From: Trichoplax adhaerens
Lineage: Eukaryota; Animalia; Placozoa
Reading direction: 5' to 3'
NCBI RefSeq assembly: GCF_000150275.1
Contig: NW_002060965.1
Location: 496,001-560,000, forward strand
DNA length: 64,000 nt
The notes under the pieces were generated by a model. It worked only from the letters and a program-made list of their open reading frames with translations. It was not told the DNA's origin and did no database searches. Shown here piece by piece: positions 1 to 13,875 of this stretch (position 1 is its first letter; each line of letters begins with the position of its first letter). Made by a program: the position numbers and the translations under genes.

Positions 1-49
1 TTTTATAATATATAATCAGCGATCAATCTATACCTGATCTAAGTTTGCC

Positions 50-1380
50 AAAATCTCTTCTGTATCTATCATGATAATATACTGTACTTAATACATCCTT
101 AAACTATAAGTTTTGCTTAAAGTTTATCAATTACTCTTGAATACAGTTAATAGTAGTAGATAAACTATTCTTAAAATTTTGTGATACTTTAAAAAGAATA
201 AGTAAAAGCGTTTTCGAAATTACTCTTTAAATACTTCATCGTATTGACAACATGAAGCACTGTTAATCAAAAAGTCATTCTGTTACTGCCTTGACATTAT
301 AGTTAACACCTGCCAAATATACTTAAATAATGAGTGCTCAAAGATTTATCAGTTTTTACTTTTGAACGCAGCTGATAGCAGCAGATAAAGTATTCTCGAG
401 TACTGTGTTGTAATACTTTAAAAAGAATGAATTAGGTATTTTTCTAAATTACTCTTTTGATAATTAATTAATCGTAGCAATCATGCTGAACACTAAATTG
501 GCTTCGAAATTTCTTCAGTGATTTCCTTATTAGTGCAGTTAATCCTTGCTGCATCTATTAAATAAATTAACCTTCAAAATTGATTTATTACTTTGGAACA
601 CAGCTGATAATAGTAGATAAAATATATTAGAGTAATTTTAACACTTTAAAAGGAATAAACGAAGCATTTTGTGATTTGCTCTTGAAATAATAAATCGCAT
701 CAACTATATTGAATTACTCGATTGGCAATATATCTCTTCCATAACTGCTTAATGATATACTGTAGTTAAGACAAGCTAAAATTATCAAAGTAATGATACC
801 TAAAAATGTTTATAAGTTACTCGTGAATACTGTCGATAGTAATAGATAAAACATTCTTAAATACTTGTGATGCTTGAAAGGAATGAGTTAAAAGTACTTT
901 CTAAATTACACTTCCAATAGATAATTATATCAGCAAAGTTGAGAACTAATTTGAACAAAAATCTCTTCCGTTAACGACATGATAATAGGTGCTCATAGTT
1001 AATACATATTAAATTTACTGAATAAAAGGATGCTTTAGTAAAATTGATCAGTTATTTTTGAACACAGCTGATAGTAGTAGATAAAATAGAATTGACTATT
1101 TGTAGTAGTTTAAAAATTAAATTAGGATTTCTGAATTACTCTCGATCCATTTATTTACATTCATAATCTTATCTTAAAGTTGACCAAAAAGTCTTTCCGT
1201 ATCTGGCTTGATAATAGAGTTAATACAGGCTATAATTAATTACTAAAATAAATAAGCTTAAATGTCTCATCAATGACTTTTAAATACAATTAATTAGAGT
1301 AGATAAAAATAGAATTAAATGCTGATAATGCTTATAATACTTTAAAAAATCGAGTTTTAGCATTTTGTAAATTATTTTTT
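50..1380. repeat. Degenerate ~230-bp tandem repeat, about 6 copies
   Basis: An AGATAAA-type anchor recurs at ~155, 381, 613, 842, 1077 and 1299 (spacing 222-235 bp). Each is followed by a TACTTTAAAAAG-like and an AATTACTCTT-like block. No ORF. Confidence 0.75.
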
Positions 1381-2960
1381 TGATTTTTAATGTTTTCATC
1401 TCCAGTAATTCTTGATACCTCTAAATTAGAGACTTCAAGGCCATCAAAATTTTTATTTCCCTACTTCTTTGATTCACATGAGAACAATAATGGGATGATT
1501 AAGCTAATTGAAATCGTTAGAGCAGAATTTTTTCCTTAGCAACTTTATAATGGCGGTGATAGTAAATAGTGTATTAAAAATGAATTGATCCAAGCTAATT
1601 ATGAACATCTATTTCTTTGAACACTGAAAGAGTATCTCTCGCCAGCAATAAAAAGTGATACAATTGGTCAGTCCCGCTTTAGTAATCTGCATGCATAGTC
1701 AAATTATGCTCCTATCTTTAATGGTTAACAATGTACAAAAAACAACCAGTGCAGACAATCTTTCAATGAATAATTTCTCACTAACTGATGACTGATTTTA
1801 AAAAATTAAACTGATCAATAACTTCTTAATTCAGCAACTTTTTTGAGCTCCGATATAATGTCTATTGCCTATAGCAGACAAGTAGAATTTGTTAACTTTT
1901 AATTAGCTTTCTAGATGATTTTATGATTTTACAGTTTTCTCTTTTGCCTATATCGATTTCTTTTCAGGCTAAAATAGACTTTTCCAACTATCTAGAGGCT
2001 AATAGAATTTGTTTAAGTTGTAAACGGAATTTGGACACTTTACTAATTATGTCATCTTCTTCATAAAGTGAACGCGATTTTTTCCCTTACTGAAGTAGAA
2101 TATACAGCTTTATTGTAGGCAGATAGAAATAGTTGATTTTATACGCCAAAGGTTTTTTAACTAGTCTATAAAATCAGCTATTTTGATTACTACTATTAAA
2201 ACTAGTCTACTACTACGTGATTTCCTTCCTTGAACATAAACTGCATTACCACTATTCAATAAAGCTTTACTTACAATTCGAAGGAAGAATTGTTATTCTA
2301 TTTAGCAAGAGAAACAATCATCGATTTCAAATACTATGTTCTAGGCTATAATAATAGCTGCAAAATTAATTAAAGCAGGATAGCTATTGCCCATGTCATT
2401 TGCTTAAATGCTATAAAGTATTTCCTTTTCCTAAAGTTTGATTCAAACAATCGCCTTCAATTTAGCCCATGTTAATGGTATTCGGATACCGTATATCATA
2501 GCATAACGATTATTTTTATTTTATTCAAGCATATGCTTCGTTCTGATCATCTATATCCTCCTTTTACTATTAATCGACAAGTTGTAGTATGTCCAAACTT
2601 CTAATGTACCCTTGTTTATAGTCATTTTGGTCGGATATAATAGTATGCAGTATTTTCCATTTAAATTGTTTAAGTAAGATGTTAAAGTTTTTCTTTGATT
2701 TTTCAACCACGAGATACTATAGCTATAATATTCTATAAGTGTTAATGTATTTCTTATAGTATAATGATATTATTATTCTTTTTCCTAGATTTTAGGATTG
2801 TTCAATTGAAATTAAAAAAAAATAGACTGGTACAGCTTATATATTGTTAATGCTAGCTAGTTTATACATGATCTTTCTATAACTGCATACATAGAAATTC
2901 TTCTTTGATGACTTCAATCGACTATCAAAATTGGAGTTATCCAATCGCGATCATCACTTG

Positions 2961-4907
2961 ATGGAAGTAAAAGAAATGGACTCCATCAATAATAGCAATG
3001 AAAATTTTCTTGACGCTCTATATCATGATAGTGATGATGATGATGATGCTATTGATAAAGAATTGTGTGATCTAAAATCAATCATACAGGATAGTGGAAT
3101 TCACTTTGAGCAATTTTATGATCCAGCTCAAACATTAATCGATTGGACCGATGGGCTGGATGAAATTGATAACATTGTACATCATCGATTGCATTCTATT
3201 GCTACATCGCATAAGAATCCACTGCAATTACAGAATGAAATCAATAATCCATTACAAAATTTGGTCGCATATACAGAAGAATCTTATTCTGATTATAGCA
3301 ACTTCTCTATAGATAACAATTGGGATATCAACGAGCCTGCCGCAACAACTATCCCGGATGATAACGTTCAAAATATTTACTTATTGCAATCTAATCGAGA
3401 TGAAAACTCTGGTCGTCATTCCATGGATATCATTTACGAGACCGGAATAGAACATGATCCTACAGCATCAAATGTTGATGGTCCAATTAATATGGGACTG
3501 TCCACAGATAGGAACGAAATCGTGAACGATATTATTTATAATTTGGATATAAGCCACGATATTAGTCATCATCTAGGCTATAGTCATTCAAAATCTGACG
3601 AAAATAGCCATCAAGAAAGTCACCATTCCAACTATCAATGCGAAAACGAAGTCGATAACGGCAATGATTTCCAAAAAAACAATTTTACTTCCTGTTCATC
3701 ATATCAGTCGAAAAATGTCGATCTTTTATTACGTCCATCACGACACAATGATTGGACACCTAATCCACAAAAATTAATCAAAGCTGGACAAGATTTAAAT
3801 AAATTATTGTCCATAATGAATAATTTAACACAGAAAGATGTTATGAATCCTGGATTTCAATCTCAAATTCGTCGAGAGAAGAACAAAATTGCATCCAGGT
3901 CAATAAAGTCTATTACCAATTAATAGATAACATTTGGATAGTGTAGATTTTATTTTAAAATTGTACTCAGGTGTATAAAGTATATTTCCAATCAATACAG
4001 AACATTAAGATAGTGTAGATTTTTTGTTATATCCAGATCAATAACGTATATTACCAATCAATATGTAACATTAAGATAGTACCGATTTTATTTGAAATTG
4101 CACCCAAGTCAATAAAGCCGATTGCCAATTAATGCATAAGATAAAATAGATTTTATTTTAACTTTCGAGATAGATAATCCTAGCTTGAGAGAATTTTAAC
4201 ATTATAACTAGGAGTTGCATTTGTTACACCAAAGACAAAAATAGTACAATGGCGATAATTTTCTGAATAACTTTACAACCTAATTAAACGATGATAAAGT
4301 GTTAATATGATATGATAGCATATTTTTCCATTTATCCTTATCATAGAATATGTAGATTGAAGAAGAAGCAAGCTTATGAATCAAATAAGATCAAGCTGCA
4401 TGGATTAGAGAAAGAACATGGTAAAAATTCTTATGATTATTAAATAATTAGCGGTATCAAAACTTTTTAATGGGCCGATCTTATGTAGTAAATCCATTCT
4501 GATTGTAATAAACAGCGTAATTATTTAATAGTGAAAATATTATTCAGCTATACAAAGAAATTGACAGTATCTACCTGTACATTTGTGTGTATTTTTTTCA
4601 GATAATATTAGTAATATCTTAAGAACGCTTAAAAGTGAACTATTAAACTATCAAATGAATCCCCCCTTAGCAAGCAACCTTACGTGGAATAAGATAATAA
4701 CAGATATTGAGCAATCTTGCAGTAAGTAGGAGTTTAATCCCGTAAGCTAAATAATTTAGGTTAAGATTGGAAATTCAAATTTTCTAATCTTTAACCCAAT
4801 ATTTTATACCCTCTTTAGATCCTATCTCGAACGTAGCTGGTCGTTCGTCCGATTATGTTAGAGAAATCCTTAGACAAGTAGTTCAAATTAAATCCGAAAA
4901 AGAGTGA
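2961..4907 (+). CDS. CREBRF: CREB3 regulatory factor-like bZIP transcription factor
   Basis: Exons ~2961-3898, 4347-4420, 4602-4721 and 4819-4907 splice in phase. They give [34 protein letters not shown]...VAGRSSDYVREIL, matching the CREBRF/REPTOR bZIP and C-terminus. The frame is open back to an AG acceptor at 2894, so the true start may lie upstream. Confidence 0.85.
3886..4160 (+). repeat. Four degenerate ~68-bp tandem copies of the CREBRF exon-end/splice-donor unit
   Basis: The unit TTGCATCCAG|GTCAATAAAG..TATTACCAAT..AACATT..GATAGTGTAGATTTT starts at ~3889, 3961, 4028 and 4098. Confidence 0.8.
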
Positions 4908-7579
4908 GCTTGGCAAATTAAATTTGCAGCTTTCGCCAATTTTTGTTGAAGATGATGACCGTTATTATATTTATTTATAACTGTATCTTTGCTTATCTCA
5001 TAAACAAAATATTATAACCTGGCTATTTTATTGTAAGACTTGATTATCGTATATTAAGTTTTAGCTATACAGTAGTTCTAGTAGTTTAGTAGAATAGAAA
5101 TATATAGATGCCATAAATCAAGCATATTCTCTCTTATGTTGTTACTCTACTGAATCATTTAATAACGACTAATAACAATAACAATTATTATATAATCTTA
5201 CGGTCAGCAAGTTATAGTATTTTAATTAAAAAGATATCTATGGCAACAAGTATTGTAGTGTATCAGATAGATAAGAAACATTGTAGTCACGTAGTCATTT
5301 GATTAGTTTTAATAATACTGCTATCTAGATTTTCAATTTTTTCACCTGTTACTGTATTTCCTTCGTAAATATGTGATAGCTAATTTATTTTAATGTCATT
5401 TATGGTATATCTTTACCGAGAAATGACTCTATTGTATATTTAAAATAGATTAACTTACAGTAGTATAGAAAAAATCCGGATAAGATAATACTATGAGTAA
5501 TTAACAAATTTCATTAAGTTATATAATTTGCTTAAACGTCTTATCCTAGATTGTACTATCATATTATAAAATCTAATAAATACCCATTCGCTTGACAGTG
5601 TACCGATCTAAGAGATATACTTTGGATTGTTTTATATCGATTAGAAATGACATACATTATTTTAACTTCAGGATAAAGTAATCATGTTATCCTTTTTACA
5701 AATAATTTTATGCCAATCAATATCTTGATGTAATAGCTTTTAAAGTAAATCAAATAAATAGGAAAAGAAATAACCTTTCATAGGCTGTCAAATTATAATT
5801 GGAAAGTATCCATGTAAAATTGAAAGATTGAATGATTAATATTGAAGTACAGTAACTATATGATCAGAATAAAAGGTAGCTTGCTCTCCCTGATGTTTTA
5901 ACTTGCTTTTTAATCTTGGCTTTTAATTATATTATAAATTTTGACTTAAATAAATTTTACTTGCAGTGAGAATAAAAAATACTGAACCATTTATAGAATT
6001 TATCGAGAATAAAAGTTCGATTATTAAACCTATGGTTGAAAATTACAAAATATCCAATTCTATGATAAAGAAGCTTAAAATATAAACTATGTTGGACGCG
6101 ATACAAAGCATGCTCTAGATGGAAAGGAAATGGGCCTACGCGGGCTAATAGAATATAAATTATATTATTATTGTTATCATTATTATAGAAAAAGAAATAA
6201 AAAGAAGACCGAGCCTATTTCATGGCTTGGACGAGCTATTTTAGTACATGCGTGCCAATTAGTGATTTAAATTTTTCAGCCAGGAAGATATAGTTATGAT
6301 ATCCTTTCTATGTACTATGGGGATAATATTTATATTTTTAAACGAATAAAGAGTTGAACAATTCATTACATTTTTGGCAAAATTAAAAAATTAAAGCGCA
6401 TGTGGGATATTATGAAATGTATAGATTGAAAGACTACATGGAATATTCTGGTAATAAAAAATTGAAAGAGTGAATGTGACACCGTTCTACAGTTACTTTT
6501 AATTTAGGAATGGTTATAAAGGAATATGTGAACTATATTCAGATAACTGACAAAAATACTTTATGTGTAGATTGGCGGTCACGTGCTGCTAGCGTAGAAA
6601 GAGTATTCTAAACAATTTAAATTCTACGAGTATTTTTGGAGTTCAGAAAATTGGTGAAAGACAATCTAGAACAACGAAAGTAGAAAGATTAAATTAAATA
6701 ATAGGTAAATAAGAGCAAACTTAGCCCTTCTATATGTAGAAAGACTGTATTCAGATATCTCTTTCAAATAACATACAGATTTTTTCCTGTCTTGACATGT
6801 AAATCACGAGAAAAATTAAAATATTACTTTCTTCCATGTTTTACAATTACCTACGCAAATCGAAATTTTATACTAATTACTGCCAACTGGCAGGAAATTC
6901 GTATATTCTACATCATCCTTACATTTGGTGATAGGACACAATATCTAAGTTTTTCAACTGACAAGCACAGCTGGATAATAAAGGAAATTGGAAGGTATGC
7001 TTGATTGATTTATTAACTAGCAAATAGCTCTCTTTGTTACATAGGTAGTGTCAATAATTTTTATAAAATAACAATATCTTTGCACTTTATGAATTCAAAT
7101 GGTTTACATTCTTTCACATATAGAAGACAATGAAGTCGGTCATTTTCGATATCAAATAAAACATGATGCAATCATTTCATTCCAGTGGCTTAAAATCGTA
7201 TTTAAATTAGATTCATGTACGTTAAGTTCTCTGCGATACACTTTCATAGAGTAAATCTTACCACTTAATATTTCTGTAATTTGTGGCAATGCATTCAAAA
7301 GCACGGTTACAAGTAGGCCAGAATAACACAAATAAAAAATAAATTACACTGCATGCGATAGTTTGGCTTCATGAATATTATATAATAATATACAGTATAA
7401 GATTTTCAAAGTTTTGTAAATTTGAGTTTGCTTTGAAAGAGTTAGAAATTCCCTTCATTGTTTCTAGGAGAAAAATATATGAAAGAAGCAGGTTTTTCTC
7501 TATCATGTATTTAAAGCTGTTGGATTAGGATCCGTCACCTTACTCTGCCTAATATTTTATTTGTAGTAGTATTATAGTT

Positions 7580-10500
7580 TTAAAATAAAATCCAATTTTT
7601 CTTTACTTTCTGAAGTGAACGGCCGTAAATTATCACTGTTAACACAACAGCTAGTAAGCATATAACAAATACAATTTTCGCTTCCCATTCCCGAAATACG
7701 ATGAAAGCTTTCCATTTATTTTGTAATCTGGAGAAAGATTTAGAAATGGAATGCTGCTGCATATCCCTATTATAGCAATGTATAGATAAACCCATATACT
7801 TGAGTCAGAATATACTTGGTTTAAGTTTTTAATTCCTAATTAGTATTTACCTAAGTGGAAGAAATCTGGCACGGTGTAAAAGAGCTCCCAGTGTCCACTG
7901 TACTACTCTACCCTTGATTAAATTGGAAAATTTAAAATTGAAATCTTTCTTTGGAAAGTGATGCCCGTCATGTAGGACAGCAGATATCCAGGCAGCTTTG
8001 AAACATTGGTGTCTAAAGACATAAATTTGCATATTATGGCCGTGTTTTACTGTAGCTATTTAGTTGTAAATAATTTGTACAAATATGGATCGATAAATTA
8101 GCTTCATTACTTTAAAATATTTTGATTGACATTGCCATATCTTCCAATTGCATGATCTTTCGCTATCGATTGCCAGGGCCTACTACAGAAAGTTGCTGCC
8201 CGAGCCTTTAGTTTTTCGAAACTATAATTATTCTCAATTTTTAGTGTTCTTTCAAGTGTGTAATAATAAGCAGATAATCCCCAGAATTCATTTGCCCTAA
8301 GTTCATTTATTACAATAATATTTAAGATATCATTCACATGTGTACAGTTTGATGAAGAGATATTATTACGTACATGCAATAAAATGTGATTTGTGTTATC
8401 TTACCAAAATGCATACTCTGGTAATGCGATACCATTGATGGTGCATAATTTAGTGCGACAATAGGATGTCATATTGAGGAGTGGTAAAACAGAAGAACGA
8501 CAGTATTCAAAATTGCCGGACCCGGTCACTTTGATATCTTTTTGGCCATGCGTTATCACTTCCGAGGCTCTAAAAGGTAGGCAAGGATCGCGAATCCTGA
8601 AATTAAATGGTGATTTCAGCATAATATTTTCAATACAATTTAATCGATTGCTGTGTATTTACTGAGTTCTATTAGTAGTCAGTTAATATTATTATTTTAC
8701 TTCATCAAATTATTTACTTTGCATACTTCATGATTAAACTAGAGTAACCTACCACGATAAAGATTTATTTTCTTTCTTTAATTGCATAATAAGTCTGGAA
8801 ACGTAGCGTTGACGTACCATATTGGTACCATGTTTAAGAAAGGTTGAAACAAAAACAAAATATTGATGTGAAGTATCGTGAGCATCACATCCTAGGTTAA
8901 TTTCGATCAAGCTGCTAGATGAAGTATCGTGCTGCAAATAAAATAGAAAATTATAAATCTATCAAAAAAAAAAATGTTATATTTTAACTAAAGCATAATA
9001 AGTTAAGATGTTTCAATCAATCTCAATGTACTGTCTGGAAATGAAATTGTCCATTACTCTTAAAATGGACACGTTGACAAGAGTTGCATGATGAATAGTA
9101 AAAGCGTTGGATATTGGCACAAGTTTTGTTGATAGCGAAGACATTAGTTACAGTACATAACATCATTAAAGTTTTGTTATATTCATCAGGATATTATAAC
9201 ACAAACCGGGAACGAATTCAGTTCAGCAAAAGGAGAAAACAACTAGTGTCAATGGATGTTGTACACATAACAAGATTGATCGACAAGACGATTACATCGT
9301 CATTTGAAAAAGGAGATTTTTGGTATATTTTCTTTAACTTCATCCTTGGATAGGAGATGACTGACAAAATCTATTGTACAGTATTGTATGTATTCATAAC
9401 AGTGTGCAGTCTGCCGGAGGCTGGATATGGAAACCACTTGCTACAGTAATGCAAATTCATCTTTCGTATTGCAAGGGAAAATCATATAAGTAAGAAGAAA
9501 ATTCTATAGTGATTCTGGCAAGCTTCAATGTGCTTATTGTGAGAAACTTTTACTTAAATGGGTTGTGTAGACCCTTTGCATTCGTAGTGTACACTATGGA
9601 CAAGGTACAATGCTCTATGGAAATCATTTGCCAATGCAGATTCATCATTTAAGATGAATAGACAATCCATATTTGCTAACTTCTATTGACAGTGTACACT
9701 ATGGCAATGACCATCAGGCAATACAGATTGATCAATTAAAATAGATAGACAATTTGTATTGGCTAATTACAGTACGCAGTTGGATTGACAGCGTACATTA
9801 TACAATCGGCGCTAGCCTCGATATGAAAACCGTTTGTCAAGACAGATTGATAATAGAATAGACAATTTGTATTTGCTGAGTTAGATTGTCTCACTATGGG
9901 TATCCCGCAGAAAGGCCATAGTATAGTATTACACTACTACATAAGAGTAATTTTGTCTGGAAAGGGTTATCCTATGTCAATTTAGTGATGGGTAGGGGGA
10001 AGAGATTTGAATTAATTATTATTTTTATTTATCATGATAAAATTGAGGCTCGTCCGTTGGCTTATGAATTAGTAATGGTGGTAAAATCAATTTTCTTGTA
10101 TGAAATTTTGCAATTTCATTTCAATAAAGTTGATAATGATAGTAAGGACGTACTATACAGTACAGTACAGTATATTGGGAAATGCAAGTACGGTGCCATT
10201 CGTACTGTCTTATTAAATATTATATTGGCATCCTAATTTCAAAGCAAACAACATACGAAGATGATCAATAATTCATTTTGAGTAGGGGATTCATGATCTT
10301 TGCAGATGGCGAGCATGTCGATGTTTCGTAGAAAGTAACGTACAAAGGAGAATTGATCTTGGAGGTTGCGCTAGCTGCCTTGTTGCACTACATGTAGAAT
10401 GGGTGAGTAAAATCTATATTCGATGTTGACTTAAGGTTAGAATTCAACTATGAGCAATGGCCGATTAGATGTCCAAGTTGATGCGTTTTCTCTCGTCGTT

Positions 10501-11058
10501 TAGGGTGGAATGGCTACTGCAAATCCGCCAGTCAAATCGGCCATTTTGCTCAATTTTAAGAGCCCTCATGATCAATGTCATTTTACAAGCAGTTCCGATT
10601 GTTCATACCGAGTTTGTTATACCATCGGAGAAACATGTTTACTCCACTTTGGAAAATAAATCCTGGCCTAATTTTTTAAGTTCAATTTTGCATTTTATTT
10701 TGTTGTGTGACTTACCTGGTGAAATTCTTTTTACCAAGATTACTTTTCGATCATTGGTTGCCGGTTGGATTTGGAGTAATTCACCACGGCGACCAGAATG
10801 CGGTGGCCATCGATAAATGTATAATCGTGAGCCACTACTACCGGCATCAATGACCATGCCGTAATGATCATTTTTGCCATGTTGACGGCGTGGCTGGAAT
10901 CGATGACCAGGACGATCGAATTGTGGCGCTAGTGATGGATGATGTGACGGACTTATTAATAATAACCAACTGACGATGGCGAAAAAAATAAAAACAACGG
11001 CAAGATAGCGTAAATATTTCCACTTGAGGATTAATTGAAGGGTTACTTTGACCGCCAT
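7580..11058 (-). CDS. ENTPD4/7: Ectonucleoside triphosphate diphosphohydrolase 4/7-like (Golgi UDPase type); central exons not found in window
   Basis: Exon 11058-10716 encodes an N-terminal TM and ACR1 (YGMVIDAGSSGSRLYIY). Exons 8931-8753, 8596-8405, 8296-8111, 8012-7851 and 7766-7580 splice in phase and give INLGCD, DPCLP, HQCFKAAW, ACR5 (VQWTLGALL..RFLPLRD) and a C-terminal TM. ACR2-4 were not located. Confidence 0.85.
9586..9900. repeat. Three degenerate ~100-120 bp direct repeats inside the ENTPD gap region
   Basis: The blocks AGTGTACACTATGG, CAGATT, ATAGACAAT..TATTTGCT and ATTGACAG recur in the same order three times. Confidence 0.6.
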
Positions 11059-11994
11059 GTTAACTCAATGACGGCAAGCGAACAACGAATGCAGTAGATG
11101 GACCCAATAGAAAAATAACATCAATTTCGATCATCACTTGACTTGGACGATCCATGGACTACTGCCTAAAAGAAAGAAAGAGCCTAATGGTGATTACTAA
11201 ACCTACTATTATCGCCATCCATACTATCGAAATCCAGCCTGGACAAGAACTCATTCATTCATCGACTGAGAGTAAGGCTGTCAAAAACTGTTTCCATTTG
11301 CAATCCAAAATAATCGCACATTCAATATCATTTTACCTCATCGTTGTCATCATCCGTGGGTTGTGGTGTATGCTAACTGAGTCTTACTGCCTCGATTTCA
11401 TCCAGTTAAAGCCAATTTCTGGACTAGAAAATCAACTGTCAAATGATTGGGCAAGGAGCCGCAAGCGGCCTCAGTGGAAAGCCTCCTTCTCGTACCCGGT
11501 GACAAACCAATGAATGCAAGAGGTGGCGGCCAGTGCTAAATTGAACAATAATTAATGATGATTATACTGTAGGTGGTAGAAAGAGTTGCATGGCTTACAG
11601 GTGTGAGCATGGTGATGCTACGGAAAGCATAGGCCGTAACTGATACTGTTTGCTTATTTTCATGTTGACGCCTTCTGCGCATCAACTTTCTACAGTGATT
11701 TTCCTTTTACTGTAACAGTTAACAGAAAAACGTGTCTAACTTGTCGTTTATGTCCATTAATTAAGAATGAGAAAATGTGGAAAAGGGACAGTGTAGTGTA
11801 GAAGTAGCTTATGGAAAGAGTTTATAATACGAATGTACCTTCTTACTCAAGTCTTGACATGGACGACTAAATGCATGATTTTGACATACTGGAGACCGTC
11901 AAAGTACGCTCGAAGTCATCCTTGGACGAGCGGATGGAAGTGATTTGGTGACCGGCTAGGGACCAGTTGAGCAACCACCTTGTACAGTACTGTA

Positions 11995-12536
11995 CAAGGT
12001 GGTTGGAAAGTCATTTGATATTAGAAATCGGTTTTGGGATAGCTAAAATCAAGACGATGGCTTTCCGCTATATTGAACATCGCAAAGAGACGATATATGA
12101 CATGATTAAATTCCGCATAACAGAGTTGAACTTAAGCTTAATTCCAAAGTTATGGGCTTTGATAGTTAAGATAAGATTTTCTTGAGTGCATGGGTGATCT
12201 ATTGTATTTTCTTTCATGTAAACCGAAAACTTGATCAAATACCTGTAAAAATAGGACTGCAGGCTTAAAGCTTGATAACGTAGTGACAGTGTCTGAAATA
12301 AAGAAATGCACGCGAAAATGTAACGAATACAGACTTTATCTGTGTGCAAATGATGAAGGATGGTCAAGTAGCCCTTCTTAAATGTTCGATTTTGTGCCTC
12401 CTGCTTATGAAATTACTTGGATATTACGCATGCATACCTTTCGTAGCTTGGTTAATACAATGTCATAATAAATGTATGGAAAATTGAGGTCTAATTTTGT
12501 ATAATTAGAATATCAAATGACTTTCCAAACACCTTG
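11995..12536. mobile_element. Non-autonomous TIR element (MITE-like, probably Tc1/mariner family)
   Basis: 28-bp inverted repeats with one mismatch: CAAGGTGGTTGGAAAGTCATTTGATATT (11995-12022) and AATATCAAATGACTTTCCAAACACCTTG (12509-12536). The left end is preceded by TA, but the right flank is AT, so the TSD is incomplete. No transposase inside. Confidence 0.65.
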
Positions 12537-13389
12537 ATGAGTTTATTTTCTTTTCAGACTCAGAAAAGGGGAAAAGTATTGCTGAAACTAACGTAAAATT
12601 GCTATACTTTATAACATTATGTAGCGAGAGAGCTGAACTTTACTTTTTGTACACTCCATATTATACAGTGAAGTAGTACTGTAAGCAAGGATGTTTCCAC
12701 ATAATGGTATAAAAGAATTTCTATTTTGGCCACGGACAAGTTTTTAGCCCAAGCGTTCCTTAATTGCAGCAGTTATGCAAAGATCTTCGAGGTACTTTGC
12801 GGTGGTCTCTGCGGCGGTTCTCTGCTCAAGTCTTCGCATGTGAATGGAGAGAGAGTCTTTATAAATGGAGTAAAAACGCAACCCGAACCCGATCAAATTG
12901 TTGATTTTCTAACCGGAAATGAGTGTAATCGCTGTACTGTACAGTACCCACTACCCACTACCTGTACTACCCACCAATACTGAAATCACTTGATGAGGTA
13001 GACACTCATCGGTAGAATACATGTTAGCCATCGAAATCGGTTCAATTAAAATGCGGCGGAAAAGGGTCAATACTTGACGAGAAAAGTGAAATGATGTTTT
13101 AGCCCTAACTTTACAATTTGTTTTTTATCATCACGTCATGAGAAATACTTTAACAAATTGACAAAATAGATTATGGCATGTTAAGGAGAAAATTGGCAGC
13201 GACAAGATGTCTACAATTACAAATTTTGCAGTTTCATAATATGAAAATTAGTTTACAACTTGCCGTCACTCAGTGATGACTATGATAACACATGGTGCCA
13301 GGTGATGAAATAATAAAAGTTTTACGCTTTTGCAATCAATATTTAGAATATTTAAAAAATAGTAGAGTAATCCATATGTAACTAGTAAC

Positions 13390-13875
13390 GTACCGACAAG
13401 AAAAATAGAAGAGCTCCAAACAGTTCATCTACAGTATCATAAAGTGCAATATTTTAGAAAAAACGGAGCAGGTCTTTACCAGCTTCGATTATATAATTTA
13501 TTTACAAGGAAAATAGAAAAATTTCAAATACACAGATCATTTTTTATAATGTTACAGTACAATATTATAGAGAAAAGACACAAAGTTCAACTACACCTTT
13601 AAGCAGATCTTTACCTGCTTGAATTATAATTTACAACGATAAATACAATAGAAAGGTTCGAAACAGCTCACCTAGAATTAATTAATTATATACGCGTACT
13701 GTAATAAGTATTTGTAATATAAAGGCCAGCAACACCCTATAGGAGGCGTTATAGCCTGCTTGCATAATAAACTGACAAGAAAATTGGGAAAGTTCGTCAC
13801 AACTGATCGATTATAATGAGGTAGCTGTAATCTGAAGATCAGAAATATCCTGAAAGAGGGTCTTTAACCTGCTGT
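13390..13875. repeat. Degenerate ~110-140 bp tandem repeat, about 4 copies
   Basis: ACAAG(A/G)AAAATAGAA-like blocks at ~13395, 13504, 13634 and 13774, with TCTTTACC(A/T)GCT-like blocks following. Confidence 0.55.

Noticed and set aside
10306-10402. Plus-strand exon-like segment (TTTGCAG...GG|GTGAGT) encoding IDLGGCAS, considered as an inverted ENTPD ACR4 exon
   Set aside because: Flanking residues do not resemble the family context (G.LDMGG.STQI) and no inverted ACR2/3 was found; likely chance.
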